Shown: positions 10,206 through 19,496, counted from the stretch's first letter. The stretch: DNA of 64,000 bases from an uncultured Collinsella sp. (GCA_900542905.1 UQPF01000005.1:62129-126128), one strand, 5' to 3'. The notes: a model not told the origin generated them from the letters alone. Translations and numbers: made by a program.

Positions 10206-10236
10206 GCCACCACCAGCTACCAGTAAGCCACCACCA
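10195..10236. repeat. Perfect 21-bp tandem duplication (2 units) spanning the permease stop codon
   Basis: GCTACCAGTAAGCCACCACCA occurs at 10195-10215 and again at 10216-10236. Confidence 0.95.
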
Positions 10237-10238
10237 AC

Positions 10239-10307
10239 AAGTTGCGGTGAATCAGGGACTGAATATGCTATCTAGCAGCTAAAACAGACACTATTTCACC
10301 GCAACTT
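10239..10307. repeat. Palindromic intergenic element, family B copy 1 (termini AAGTTGCGGTGAA ... TTCACCGCAACTT)
   Basis: Shares its termini and the internal AGGGACTGAAT with 41101-41169. It lies between the convergent permease and cbiJ genes. Confidence 0.85.
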
Positions 10308-10436
10308 ATTGAAGGGTGTTTGCGCCAGTTCTGGGCGTCGTCCTCGAGCTATCGATGGATGACGGGCTTGTACGGGTCGAGCTTGCTCGGGGCGCTCCTC
10401 CTCGCGGGCGAGAGGGCGCGCAGGCGCGGCGAGCGC

Positions 10437-11210
10437 CTAGCGCGCGAACTCCCGTAAGAGCGCGTCTTCCACTTCCCGAAGCGAAAGGGCCCCGCCTCCC
10501 TCGGCGGGACGGGCGACCACGATGCAGCGCGCTCCCACGCCGCGCGCGGAGGCGATCTTCTCGGCCGTGCCGCCTACGGTTCCCGAGTCCTTGGTCACAA
10601 GCCACTGGGCGCCCACCTGCCGAAGCATCGCCTCGTTGAGCTCGCGGGTGAAGGGCCCCTGCATGCCGATGACGTGCGATGGCGAAAACCCCGCGTCGAT
10701 GCACTTCGTTATAGCACCGGGCAGCGGGAGCACACGCACGAAGAAGCGCTCCGCGAAATCGGCGACGCGCGTGTAGGGAGCAAGCTCCTTGCTCCCCGTC
10801 GTGAGAAGCGCGCGACCCGGGTTCTCGGAGAGAAAGCGCGCCGCGCAGGCGATCGACGCGACCGAGACGACGCCTTTGGGCAGCGCCTCGACCGGGCGCG
10901 CAAGGCGCAGGCATTGTGCGCCCACGGCGAGCGAAGCGGCCCGGATGTTGCCGCTTGCGAGCGTAGCGAAGGGGTGCGTGGCGTCGACGACGATGCGCGC
11001 GCCGGAAAGCTCGCACTCCATGTCGGCCTCGTCGAGCCTGCCCGCATGCACCTCGATGCCCGGAAGCTCGCCCAAAAGCTCGCCTCCGTACTCGGTTGCC
11101 GCGTAGGCACGGGCGGGGATGCCCGCCCCGCTCGCCCATTCGCACAGAAGGCGGCCCTCGGTGGTGCCGGCGAAGATGCGCAGCGCCGGCGCGGATGCGG
11201 GGGCCGTCAC
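10437..11210 (-). CDS. cbiJ: Cobalt-precorrin-6A reductase
   Basis: The GTG at 11210 overlaps the cbiC stop (GTGA). VTAPASAPALRIFAGTTEGR...VDATHPFA... is typical of CbiJ/CobK. The Arg-rich upstream part of the 347-aa track ORF was rejected. Confidence 0.85.
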   Translation of the reverse strand: MTAPASAPALRIFAGTTEGRLLCEWASGAGIPARAYAATEYGGELLGELPGIEVHAGRLDEADMECELSGARIVVDATHPFATLASGNIRAASLAVGAQCLRLARPVEALPKGVVSVASIACAARFLSENPGRALLTTGSKELAPYTRVADFAERFFVRVLPLPGAITKCIDAGFSPSHVIGMQGPFTRELNEAMLRQVGAQWLVTKDSGTVGGTAEKIASARGVGARCIVVARPAEGGGALSLREVEDALLREFAR

Positions 11211-11848
11211 TTCGGGCCGCCTGGGCGCGTGATCTGGTAGAGCAGCGCGTTCATAATGGCAGCCGCCACGGTCGAGCCGCCCTTGCGACCCCTCGCGACG
11301 ATGGCCGGCACGCGTCGCGCGAGTAGCTCCTCTTTCGCCTCGACCACGTTCACAAACCCGACCGGCACCCCAACGACGAGCGCGGGCGCGATCTTCCCCA
11401 CGTCCATGAGCTCGGCGAGGCGCAGAAGTGCTGTGGGAGCGTTGCCGACGGCCACGATGAGCGGACCCTCGATGCCGCAAGCTTTGTCCATGCTCGCAAC
11501 GGCGCGAGTCGTGCCCGCGGCGCGCGCCGTTGCGGCGACATCAGGGTCGGCCATGTAGCACACGGCCTTGCAGCCGATCTTCGCGAGCGCGGGCTTGCTT
11601 ATGCCTGCGAGCGCCATGTTCGTATCGGTGAGCACCGTGGCCCCTGCGCGCAGTGCGTCGAGCGCACAGTGCGCGGCGTCATGGGAGAACACGAGGGAAT
11701 CGGCGTACGAGAAGTCAGCAGTGGTGTGGATGACGCGCTTCACGACGGGCTCTTCGAGCGGCGGGAACGTGCGGCCGCTGAGCTCTTCGGTGATGATCTC
11801 AAAGCTGCGCCGCTCGATGTCGCCGGGCGCCATCTCCTTGGAATCCAT
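11207..11848 (-). CDS. cbiC: Cobalt-precorrin-8 methylmutase
   Basis: 213 aa with the family motifs VIHTTADFSYADSL and VGNAPTAL. Confidence 0.92.
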   Translation of the reverse strand: MDSKEMAPGDIERRSFEIITEELSGRTFPPLEEPVVKRVIHTTADFSYADSLVFSHDAAHCALDALRAGATVLTDTNMALAGISKPALAKIGCKAVCYMADPDVAATARAAGTTRAVASMDKACGIEGPLIVAVGNAPTALLRLAELMDVGKIAPALVVGVPVGFVNVVEAKEELLARRVPAIVARGRKGGSTVAAAIMNALLYQITRPGGPK

Positions 11849-12364
11849 CTAGTACTCCACTCCTTCCCTTGCACATATCCCCTGCTCGTAGGGGTGTTTC
11901 TCGCACCGCATCTCGGTTATGTAGTCGGCCTTCTCCACGATCTTGCGGGAAGGCGCGCGCCCGGTGAGCGCCACTTCGACGCCGCGCGCGGACATATCGA
12001 GCGCGCGGTCCACGAGCACCTCGTCGACAAACCCCTTCGAAAGCGCGTCGAGCGCCTCGTCGAGCACGAGCAGCCCCTCCTGCGCGCCCTCGAGCTCGGC
12101 GAGCGCGGAAGCGAGGTTCCTATCGTGCAGCTCGCGCGTCGCGGCAAGTTCTTCCGACGTCATGGACCAGGTAAACTTGTCCGACGCCTTCCCCGCGAAC
12201 ACGGGCACGCCGAAATGCTCGGCGAGCAGGCGCACCTCCCCGCTTTCGCCGTCTTTCAGGAACTGCACGACGACGACGCGGCGGCCTGCGGCGAGCATGC
12301 GAAGGGCGAGGCCCATCGCCGCCGTGGTCTTGCCTTTGCCGTCGCCATGATACACGTGGATCAT
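11849..12364 (-). CDS. cobO: Cob(I)yrinic acid a,c-diamide adenosyltransferase
   Basis: 171 aa. MIHVYHGDGKGKTTAAMGLALR...VVQFLK matches the CobA/CobO/BtuR P-loop family. Confidence 0.9.
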   Translation of the reverse strand: MIHVYHGDGKGKTTAAMGLALRMLAAGRRVVVVQFLKDGESGEVRLLAEHFGVPVFAGKASDKFTWSMTSEELAATRELHDRNLASALAELEGAQEGLLVLDEALDALSKGFVDEVLVDRALDMSARGVEVALTGRAPSRKIVEKADYITEMRCEKHPYEQGICAREGVEY

Positions 12365-13860
12365 ACGCCCTCCTCGATAATGCGGTAGACATACTCCATG
12401 TCGAGCGCCCCGCGCACGGAGTCGGCCAGGCGGTCGAACTCGCGCGCACGGTGATTGGCCGCGGACACCGCGCCCTCAGCACCCACGACGCTCTCGGGCA
12501 GGCCGCGCATACGCGCGAGCGAGCGCGCGAGGGCGAGCGCCACCCCCGGTTCGTCGAACAGGCCGTGGAGATAGGTTCCGAACACGTTTCCGCAGGCCGC
12601 GCCTTCTGGTTTGCCGCCAATCGTGCCCGCAGGGGCGCAGGAGACGGTCGTTTCGCCGTCGTGAATCTCGTACCCGCGCGCCGTCATGCCGTTCCACACC
12701 GAGAACGCGCCTTGGGCGCCCGTGATGCGCAGCTCCGACTGGGCGAGGCGCTTTTCCTCCTTGAACACCGTACTTGCAGGGATGAGCCCGAGCCCGCGCG
12801 CGGTGCCAGCGCCTTCCCTGCCGTGAGGGTCGGAAAGCTCGTCTCCCAAAAGCTGGAAGCCTCCGCATATGCCGAGCACCGGCGTGCCCGCGCCCGAAAG
12901 CGCGCGTACACAGGCTCCGATGCCGCTAGCCGCAAGCCAGCGCGCGTCGTCGAGCGTGGTCTTCGAGCCAGGGAGCACCACCAGGTCGGGTCGGCCCAGA
13001 TCGGTCGTCGAGGAAACGTAGCGCACGCCCACGCCGGGCACGCGCGAAAGCGGGTCGAAGTCGGTGAAGTTCGATAGATGCGGAAGGCGCACGACGGCGA
13101 CGTCGATGACGCCGCGCGCCTCGCGGGCGGATAGGCGCGGCGCGAGCGAGTCCTCGTCGTCCAGGTCGAGCGTAAGATACGGCACGACCCCCACGACGGG
13201 AACCCCGCACATCTTCTCGAGCGGGGCCAAACCCGGGCGCAGGATTTCCACATCGCCGCGGAACTTGTTCACCACAAGCCCCCGCAAAAGCGCGCGGTCC
13301 TCGGGCGCAAGGAGCGCGACCGTGCCGTAGAGCTGGGCAAACACCCCGCCTGGGTTGATGTCGCCCGCGAGCAGCACGGGAGAGGACACGGCGCGCGCGA
13401 GCCCCATGTTGACGATGTCGTTTTCGGCAAGGTTGATTTCGACGGGGCTGCCGGCGCCCTCGATGACGATGACGTCGTTTTCCTCCGCGAGCGAATCGAA
13501 CGCCTCCAAAATCTGCGGCATGAGTGCCTTCTTTCGCGCGAAGTAGTCCCTCGCAGCGAAGGCTCCCTGCGCCTTGCCGGCCACGATGAGCTGGCTTCGG
13601 TGGTCGCTTTCGGGCTTGAGCAGGATGGGGTTCATGCGCACGTCGGGCGCGATGCCGCATGCCTCGGCCTGCATGATCTGGGCGCGCCCCATCTCGAGCC
13701 CGTCGGCCGTGACACCGCTGTTGAGCGCCATGTTCTGGCTCTTGAAGGGAGTCACGCGCAGGCCGTCCTGCGAAAGCACGCGGCACAGCCCCGCCGCAAG
13801 CAGGCTCTTCCCCGCGTTCGACATGGTGCCCTGGATCATGATGGGCTTCGCCCTACCCAC
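12361..13860 (-). CDS. cbiP: Cobyric acid synthase
   Basis: (V)GRAKPIMIQGTMSNAGKS... N-terminus with a C-terminal GATase-1 domain (GICGGFQ). The GTG at 13860 overlaps the cobD stop by 8 nt. An alternative ATG lies at 13839. Confidence 0.9.
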   Translation of the reverse strand: MGRAKPIMIQGTMSNAGKSLLAAGLCRVLSQDGLRVTPFKSQNMALNSGVTADGLEMGRAQIMQAEACGIAPDVRMNPILLKPESDHRSQLIVAGKAQGAFAARDYFARKKALMPQILEAFDSLAEENDVIVIEGAGSPVEINLAENDIVNMGLARAVSSPVLLAGDINPGGVFAQLYGTVALLAPEDRALLRGLVVNKFRGDVEILRPGLAPLEKMCGVPVVGVVPYLTLDLDDEDSLAPRLSAREARGVIDVAVVRLPHLSNFTDFDPLSRVPGVGVRYVSSTTDLGRPDLVVLPGSKTTLDDARWLAASGIGACVRALSGAGTPVLGICGGFQLLGDELSDPHGREGAGTARGLGLIPASTVFKEEKRLAQSELRITGAQGAFSVWNGMTARGYEIHDGETTVSCAPAGTIGGKPEGAACGNVFGTYLHGLFDEPGVALALARSLARMRGLPESVVGAEGAVSAANHRAREFDRLADSVRGALDMEYVYRIIEEGV

Positions 13861-15076
13861 GGGTATCGACCTCCTTCGCCGAGCCCCGGCCATCTGCGCC
13901 CGCCATAGCGCCGCTGCAAGAAGCGCCGCCCCGTTCGTCGGGTTCGCCTTCGCCCGATGCGCCTTCCGCCCGAAGCGCGCGGCTGAACGCCATCGCAAGC
14001 CGAGCGTTCTCCTTGCGCGTGCGCACCGCGACGCGGCACCAGAAACGGGACAGTACCGAAAACGAGTCGCACGTGCGGACCAAAACGCCCTGATTATACA
14101 GGCGCTCGGGGAAGTCTTTCGCCGGCGTGCGGACTAAAAGGAAGTTCGCATCCGACGGCACGACGGAAAGCCCGAGCGAGGAGAGCTCGTGGGAAAGCCA
14201 CGCTCGCTCGCCCGCCAATACATCGCGCGTGCGTGAGACGTATTCGACGTCTTCCAGGGCGGCGATGCCCGCGGCCTCGGCGACCGAGGAGACGGGCCAC
14301 GCCTGCCCCGCCCGGCGAATCCCCTCGATGAGTTGGGCGTTTCCACTGATCAGATATCCCAACCGCAACCCCGCCATTCCGTAGAGCTTGGTGAACGCGG
14401 AGAGCACGGCCACATGGCGCGAACACGCGGCGCGTGCGGCCACGCTCCTTTCGCGGGCGTCGGGCGCGAATCCGAGGAAGCACTCATCCACGACGAGCAG
14501 CGCGCCCGCCTGCTCGCAGCGGCAAGCCACGGCATCGATCACGCGGGGGTCGACGAGGCGCCCCGTCGGGTTGTTCGGATTGCAGAGGTACGCCACGTCT
14601 CCCGGCCCCTCGATCGCGTGGGCGAAGGAGGCGGGCACGTCGAAGTCGTCCGCTTCGGAGAGCGGGAACTCCTGCACGCATGCGCCGTAGTACGATGCCG
14701 CCTCCGCATATTCAGAGAACGTCGGCGCGCACACGACGAGGCGTTTCGGGCGCACCGCCACGGCGAGCCGCCAGATGATATCGGACGCGCCCGCGCCGCA
14801 GACGATAGTATCTTCGGGAATGCCCTGGGCGCGCGCTAGGGCGCGAACGAGGGCAAGACTTTCCCTATCGGGGTAGGCGTCGATTCGAGAAAGCGCCTTG
14901 CAAGCTGCGGCGACGGCGCGCGGCGAAGGGCCTGCCGGATTCACGTTCACCGAGAAGTCGATGAGATCGGAGGCGCCCCCTTCGCAACCGATGCCGAGCG
15001 ATTGCGCGCTGCCCCCATGCGTACGGGCGCGCAGGATTCCCCCGGCAGCCCGGGACGCAGCGTGGTCTTCCCTCAT
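13853..15076 (-). CDS. cobD: L-threonine-O-3-phosphate decarboxylase (class I/II aminotransferase fold)
   Basis: The ATG at 15076 forms an ATGA overlap with the cbiB stop. LIDFSVNVNPAGP...YPD... and the PLP-Lys region SAFTKLYGMAGLRLGY are present. Confidence 0.85.
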   Translation of the reverse strand: MREDHAASRAAGGILRARTHGGSAQSLGIGCEGGASDLIDFSVNVNPAGPSPRAVAAACKALSRIDAYPDRESLALVRALARAQGIPEDTIVCGAGASDIIWRLAVAVRPKRLVVCAPTFSEYAEAASYYGACVQEFPLSEADDFDVPASFAHAIEGPGDVAYLCNPNNPTGRLVDPRVIDAVACRCEQAGALLVVDECFLGFAPDARERSVAARAACSRHVAVLSAFTKLYGMAGLRLGYLISGNAQLIEGIRRAGQAWPVSSVAEAAGIAALEDVEYVSRTRDVLAGERAWLSHELSSLGLSVVPSDANFLLVRTPAKDFPERLYNQGVLVRTCDSFSVLSRFWCRVAVRTRKENARLAMAFSRALRAEGASGEGEPDERGGASCSGAMAGADGRGSAKEVDTRG

Positions 15077-16047
15077 GCCATCGCCCCCACGGCGAGCACG
15101 ACCGCCGCGCGCGCGGCGCCGAACAAGACGAGCGCGCATACGGACGCGGCGAGCATGAGCCTTGTCGCCCGGGCGATGTCGCCCCACTCGATTTCGCGGG
15201 ACGCGTCGCCTATCGTCGGTTTCTCAACGAGCTTGCCAAAATACACCGCGGGTCCTGCCAGGCGCAGCCCGAGCGCGCCCGCGCACGCTGACTCGGTCTG
15301 CGCCGAGTTGGGGCTCGCATGGCGACGCCTGTCGCGGCGCCAGATGCGCGCCGCCCCGCGCGCGTCGAGCCCGACGATCGGGCACACGGCGATCATGAGC
15401 AGGGCCGATAAGCGCGAGGGAATCCAGTTCAGCACATCGTCGAGGCGCGCCGAGGCGCAGCCGAAGTCGATGTAGCGCTCGTTTTTGTAGCCCACCATGC
15501 TGTCGAGCGTGTTCACCGCCTTGTACGCCATGCCCAAGGGCGCACCCCCGATCATAAGGTAGAAAAGCGGCGCGATGACGCCGTCGCTCGCGTTCTCCGC
15601 CACCGTTTCCACGGCGGCGCGCGCAACGCCCTGCTCGTCGAGAACAGACGTGTCGCGTCCCACGATGAGCCCGACTGTTTCGCGCGCCGCGACAAGGCCG
15701 CCCTTCGAGAACGCGCGGGCCACGGCCAGGCTCTGGCGGCGCAGCTCGCATGCCGCAAGAATCTGATAGCTCGCCCATGCCTCGGCCACGAAGCGCAAGC
15801 CGGGGTGAACCATGCCGCAAAGATGCAGGATTCCCCAGGTCAAAAGCCCACACGCAAGCGGAAGCGCCACGGCGAGCACAAGCCCTGCGGCGCGCGTGCC
15901 CGCGGACGTTTGCGGGAATGCGCCCCGCAGGCGGCCTTCGGCCCACGTGATCGCGCGCCCCATGGCGACGACGGGATGGGGAAGCCAGCGCGGGTCGCCG
16001 AAGGCAAGGTCGGCCGCGAACCCGGCGGCGACGGCAAGAATCGTCAT
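15073..16047 (-). CDS. cbiB: Adenosylcobinamide-phosphate synthase
   Basis: MTILAVAAGFAADLAFGDPRWLPHPVVAMGR... is a typical CbiB N-terminus, and the protein is multi-TM. The start overlaps the upstream stop by 1 nt. Confidence 0.9.
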   Translation of the reverse strand: MTILAVAAGFAADLAFGDPRWLPHPVVAMGRAITWAEGRLRGAFPQTSAGTRAAGLVLAVALPLACGLLTWGILHLCGMVHPGLRFVAEAWASYQILAACELRRQSLAVARAFSKGGLVAARETVGLIVGRDTSVLDEQGVARAAVETVAENASDGVIAPLFYLMIGGAPLGMAYKAVNTLDSMVGYKNERYIDFGCASARLDDVLNWIPSRLSALLMIAVCPIVGLDARGAARIWRRDRRRHASPNSAQTESACAGALGLRLAGPAVYFGKLVEKPTIGDASREIEWGDIARATRLMLAASVCALVLFGAARAAVVLAVGAMA

Positions 16048-17048
16048 CACCGGGCATCGCCCCCCGAAGCGGGGCGAACGTCGCGAAGGCAGCGCCCATC
16101 CCAAGTGGCGGCCCATGCGCCGCCCGGCTCGGTATGCACGTCGAAGTATTCCATTTTCGGGACAGCAAGCTCGGAAAGCAGCGCTTTCACGGTACCCGCG
16201 TGAACGACGAAGACGGCGCGCCCACTCCCCTGGGCGCGCTCCGATTCGCACGCCTCCCGAAACGCCGCGACGACGCGGCGGGTGAAATCGCTCTTGCACT
16301 CGCCATGCGGGCAGCGCGTCTCGCACCAGGAGTCTACCCAGGCGCGGTAGCGCGCATCCTCTTTAAGCTCGGCGGCGCTTCGCCCCTCGAAATCACCGAA
16401 ATCCATCTCGCGCAGACCGAGGCATGCCATAAGCTCCGCATTCGGGAAGAGGATGCGTGCCGTCTGGTCGGTGCGGGCCATGCCACTCGTGATAACACGG
16501 AACACGTCACGATCGCACGCGAGCTCGCGCAAAGCGCGCTCGCCCGCACTCGACAGGGGCTCGTCGGTGCCCGCCCCGCTGTAGCGATGGTCTTCCGTGC
16601 CCGCCGTGGCACCATGGCGCACGAAGACGACTTCCAAAGGCGCGCCCGCGCCCTGCGTCCCTCGAGGCGCATCGGTAAGGTTTCCTTTGATGACCTGGGG
16701 AATCCCGCACGTCATGCGCACGACGACGTCGGCGCGCGCAGCGAGCGCGCATCCCAGACGCCCCGCGCGCTCGCGCCATTGGGCGTCTTCCGCACGCATG
16801 GGGACGACCCCCGAGCCGACCAAGGACAGAATCACTGCGTCGAAGCCGATCAGCCGCTCGAGCGCCCGGTCAGCGTCGAGCGCGCGTACGAGTTCCTCAA
16901 CACTGTACGCGACGCGGCCGGCAAAAGCCGCGGGCACGCCGCCCTCCGCAAGCTGCGCCGCGTCGACGAAATCGTCCGCCGCGAACCCGAGCTTTTCGCG
17001 CACGAAGGTCCTCTTCCCCGAATGCGCACCACCTACCACGAGAATCAT
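16047..17048 (-). CDS. cobC: Fusion protein: truncated CobU-like P-loop domain (aa ~1-125) + histidine-phosphatase domain (alpha-ribazole phosphatase, CobC-like)
   Basis: ATGA overlap with the cobS stop. The N-terminus reads MILVVGGAHSGKRTF... and a later segment reads VILSLVGSGVVPMRAEDAQWRERAGRL...; both resemble the two ends of CobU. The C-terminal part has VVFVRHGATAGT (the RHG motif of the histidine phosphatase family). Confidence 0.75.
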   Translation of the reverse strand: MILVVGGAHSGKRTFVREKLGFAADDFVDAAQLAEGGVPAAFAGRVAYSVEELVRALDADRALERLIGFDAVILSLVGSGVVPMRAEDAQWRERAGRLGCALAARADVVVRMTCGIPQVIKGNLTDAPRGTQGAGAPLEVVFVRHGATAGTEDHRYSGAGTDEPLSSAGERALRELACDRDVFRVITSGMARTDQTARILFPNAELMACLGLREMDFGDFEGRSAAELKEDARYRAWVDSWCETRCPHGECKSDFTRRVVAAFREACESERAQGSGRAVFVVHAGTVKALLSELAVPKMEYFDVHTEPGGAWAATWDGRCLRDVRPASGGDAR

Positions 17049-17812
17049 AGGAGCATACCCCCCGCCACCAGCATGGCAAGCATCGCGAGCTCGGCCCATT
17101 GCAGAAACCATCCGGCCAAATCCCCCGTCACCCCGCCGAAGCGGGACAGGGCAACATGGTGGTACCACGCGAGCGCCAAAAGCCCCGCCACCGCCATAAG
17201 GGCGCCGACGGCCTGAGCGCACGCGACCATCCCTGCAGCCGAAGCCGCAGCGAAAGCGCAGAGCGGCACGACGATCGCCGCGCGCTTCTTCGAAGGCGAG
17301 AGCCCCGCGGCCATGCCGTCCGCCCGCGCGGCAGGCCAGCATTCTACGGCGAGCCCCGAAAGCGCGCGGGAGAACACGAGCGAGCACAGAAGCGCGAGGA
17401 ACGCCCCCGCCGTAAGCGGCAGCGCGGTGAACAGGGAAAACTGCAGAATAAGGTACACAACAACACCAATGACCCCGAAGGCGCCCGCCCGCGGGTCGTG
17501 CATGATCTCGAGCTTTCGCTCGCGTGGGGCCCAACTTGCAAGCGCATCGGAGGTGTCGCAGAGCCCGTCTAGGTGGATGCCTCCCGTCACCGCCACAGGC
17601 AGCGCCACGAGCACGGCCGCGACGATGGTCGCGGGCACGCCGAACAGGTTCGCCATGTACCCCCACGCCGTCATGAGGAAGCCTTCCGCAAGGCCCACCA
17701 GGGGAAACGCGGCAAGCGCATGGGTTGACCCGAAATCGGTCCAGGCCGATTTCGGGACGGGGATGCGCGAGAACGTTCCGAACGCCGCGCCGATTGCCTC
17801 TGCTATCTTCAC
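17045..17812 (-). CDS. cobS: Adenosylcobinamide-GDP ribazoletransferase (cobalamin synthase)
   Basis: The GTG at 17812 overlaps the cobU stop (GTGA). FGTFSRIPVP... and a multi-TM profile are typical of CobS. Confidence 0.88.
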   Translation of the reverse strand: MKIAEAIGAAFGTFSRIPVPKSAWTDFGSTHALAAFPLVGLAEGFLMTAWGYMANLFGVPATIVAAVLVALPVAVTGGIHLDGLCDTSDALASWAPRERKLEIMHDPRAGAFGVIGVVVYLILQFSLFTALPLTAGAFLALLCSLVFSRALSGLAVECWPAARADGMAAGLSPSKKRAAIVVPLCAFAAASAAGMVACAQAVGALMAVAGLLALAWYHHVALSRFGGVTGDLAGWFLQWAELAMLAMLVAGGMLL

Positions 17813-18357
17813 CTTGTAGGTCCTTCGCCTTTCATCCACACGGGAATCCCGCATACCACTTCGACTGCGCGGTCGGCCAGCGCCGCCACGCCCGCGTTCA
17901 CGCGCGCGAGCGCGCGCCTCCATACCTCGGTCCCCTCATCGTAGCGCATCCCATCGGCGAACACGTCGACGGTGACAACCACCGTATACGCAGCGGCCTG
18001 AGCGAGCCGTTCAATGCCTCCGAGCACCTCGCGCGCCACTGCGTCGGGGTCACGTGGGGACAAGCCGCCTTCCGCGAAAAGCTCGTTTGCAACCAGGTTG
18101 CCCACGTCCTCCAAAAGAAGCGTGCAGCCGCGCGGAAGCCCGGGCACTGCGGCGCCCACGTCACGCGTGCGCTCGAGGGTGGAAAACCCCTTGCCCTCGC
18201 GCAGCGCCCGATGGCGCGCGATGCGGCGGGCGCCCTCTTCCCCGAAGGGCCCCATCGTTGCCAGGTACACGCGAGGGCAGTCGTGCCCGAGGCACAGGGA
18301 CTCGGCGTAGGCGCTCTTGCCGCTCGCGGCGGCGCCGATGACGAGCGTCACCGTCAT
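17809..18357 (-). CDS. cobU: Adenosylcobinamide kinase / adenosylcobinamide-phosphate guanylyltransferase
   Basis: MTVTLVIGAAASGKSAYAE...RIARHRALR...LLEDVGNLVANE; 182 aa. ATGA overlap with the cobT stop. Confidence 0.9.
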   Translation of the reverse strand: MTVTLVIGAAASGKSAYAESLCLGHDCPRVYLATMGPFGEEGARRIARHRALREGKGFSTLERTRDVGAAVPGLPRGCTLLLEDVGNLVANELFAEGGLSPRDPDAVAREVLGGIERLAQAAAYTVVVTVDVFADGMRYDEGTEVWRRALARVNAGVAALADRAVEVVCGIPVWMKGEGPTR

Positions 18358-19496
18358 TTCCCGGCCTCGAAATGCTCGTAAGCAGCCATGCCAGTCGCCG
18401 TGAACGTCTTCCCATCCCGGTACACGCGCAGCGCCGAATCCAGAAGGGGCAGATACGCCATGGCGCCCGCGCCCTCGCCCAAGTGCATGCCTGCGTCGAG
18501 GGGTGCCTTTATGCCGAGCTCGCGAAGGAGCTCCTGGCTTGCGGGTTCGCTTGATGCGTGGGTGCCCACGAGGTAGCCCAAGGCGTTGGGGCACAGGCGC
18601 GCCGCGCACAAGGCCGCCGTGCAGGATATGACCCCGTCGAGGAGCGCCGGCGCCTTCGAGGCCGCGGCCCCCAGGTAGAAGCCGCACATCGCCGCGATGT
18701 CGAAGCCGCCCACCTTCGAGAGCACGTCGATCGGGTCGGCAGGATCGGGCGAGTTCGCGTCGATAGCGCGCTCGACCACGTCGCGCTTACGCGCGAGCGA
18801 GGCGTCCGAGAGCCCCGCGCCGCGCCCGACGAGGCTCCGCGCGTCCGCCCGGATGAGCACTGCGGCCACCGCCGCCGAGGTGGTCGTGTTGCCGATGCCC
18901 ATCTCGCCCGCGGCGAGAAGGCGCACGCCGGCGCGGACAAGCCCGCACGCGACGGCGATTCCGACATCGATCGCGCGCACGGCCTCATCGCGAGACATAG
19001 CGGAGCCGTGCGCGATGTTGCCGCTCCCCCGCCGTACGTTCGCGCGCACCATGCGCGCGTCTTCTATGCCCCGGGCCATACCCACGTCGACGGGCACGAC
19101 CTCGGCACACGCGAACGCCGCCATACGGCAGGCGCTCGTGGCCCCCTCGCACATGTTGCGCGCGACGGCTCGCGTCACGTCTTGCCCGCTTTGCGACACG
19201 CCTTCGGCAACGACCCCGTTGTCGGAGAAGAATACCGCGAGCGCACGGGGAAACTCGGCCACCTCGGAGCTCCCCTGAGCTGCGGCGATACACGCGACGG
19301 CGTCTTCAAAGTCGCCCAATCCCCCCAAGGGGTGCGCGATGGAGTCCCACGCGGCGTACGCGGCGGCGCGGGCGCACTCGTCTGCGGGCGTGATCCGGGA
19401 GAGCGCGGCTTCGAGCACGGCGCCCGGCGCCGACGAGAACGTGCGCTCAACTTCCTCGCGGATGCAGGCAAGCGCGGTTTCGGTTGCTTCAGCCAT
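18354..19496 (-). CDS. cobT: Nicotinate-nucleotide--dimethylbenzimidazole phosphoribosyltransferase
   Basis: GEMGIGNTTTSAA and HLGEGAGA motifs. The ATG at 19496 overlaps the cbiA stop by 8 nt. Confidence 0.92.
   Translation of the reverse strand: MAEATETALACIREEVERTFSSAPGAVLEAALSRITPADECARAAAYAAWDSIAHPLGGLGDFEDAVACIAAAQGSSEVAEFPRALAVFFSDNGVVAEGVSQSGQDVTRAVARNMCEGATSACRMAAFACAEVVPVDVGMARGIEDARMVRANVRRGSGNIAHGSAMSRDEAVRAIDVGIAVACGLVRAGVRLLAAGEMGIGNTTTSAAVAAVLIRADARSLVGRGAGLSDASLARKRDVVERAIDANSPDPADPIDVLSKVGGFDIAAMCGFYLGAAASKAPALLDGVISCTAALCAARLCPNALGYLVGTHASSEPASQELLRELGIKAPLDAGMHLGEGAGAMAYLPLLDSALRVYRDGKTFTATGMAAYEHFEAGK

Noticed and set aside
10306-11145. 279-aa minus-strand ORF (MRMGERGGHPRPCLRGNRVRRRAFG...) and similar Arg-rich ORFs across 10.3-26 kb.
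   Set aside because: They are wrong-frame overlaps of cbiJ and other cbi genes. Their composition (Arg/Gly/Ala/Pro) is that of an out-of-frame high-GC sequence.
16047-17666. Arg/Gly-rich N-terminal extensions of many ORF-track entries in the B12 operon. Examples: the 539-aa version of 16047-17666, 545 aa at 12361-13998, 554 aa at 20868-22532 and 498 aa at 19489-20985.
   Set aside because: The extensions overlap the 3' ends of the upstream genes in another frame. They have no homology signal. In every case a family-typical N-terminus begins at an ATG or GTG that overlaps the upstream stop codon.
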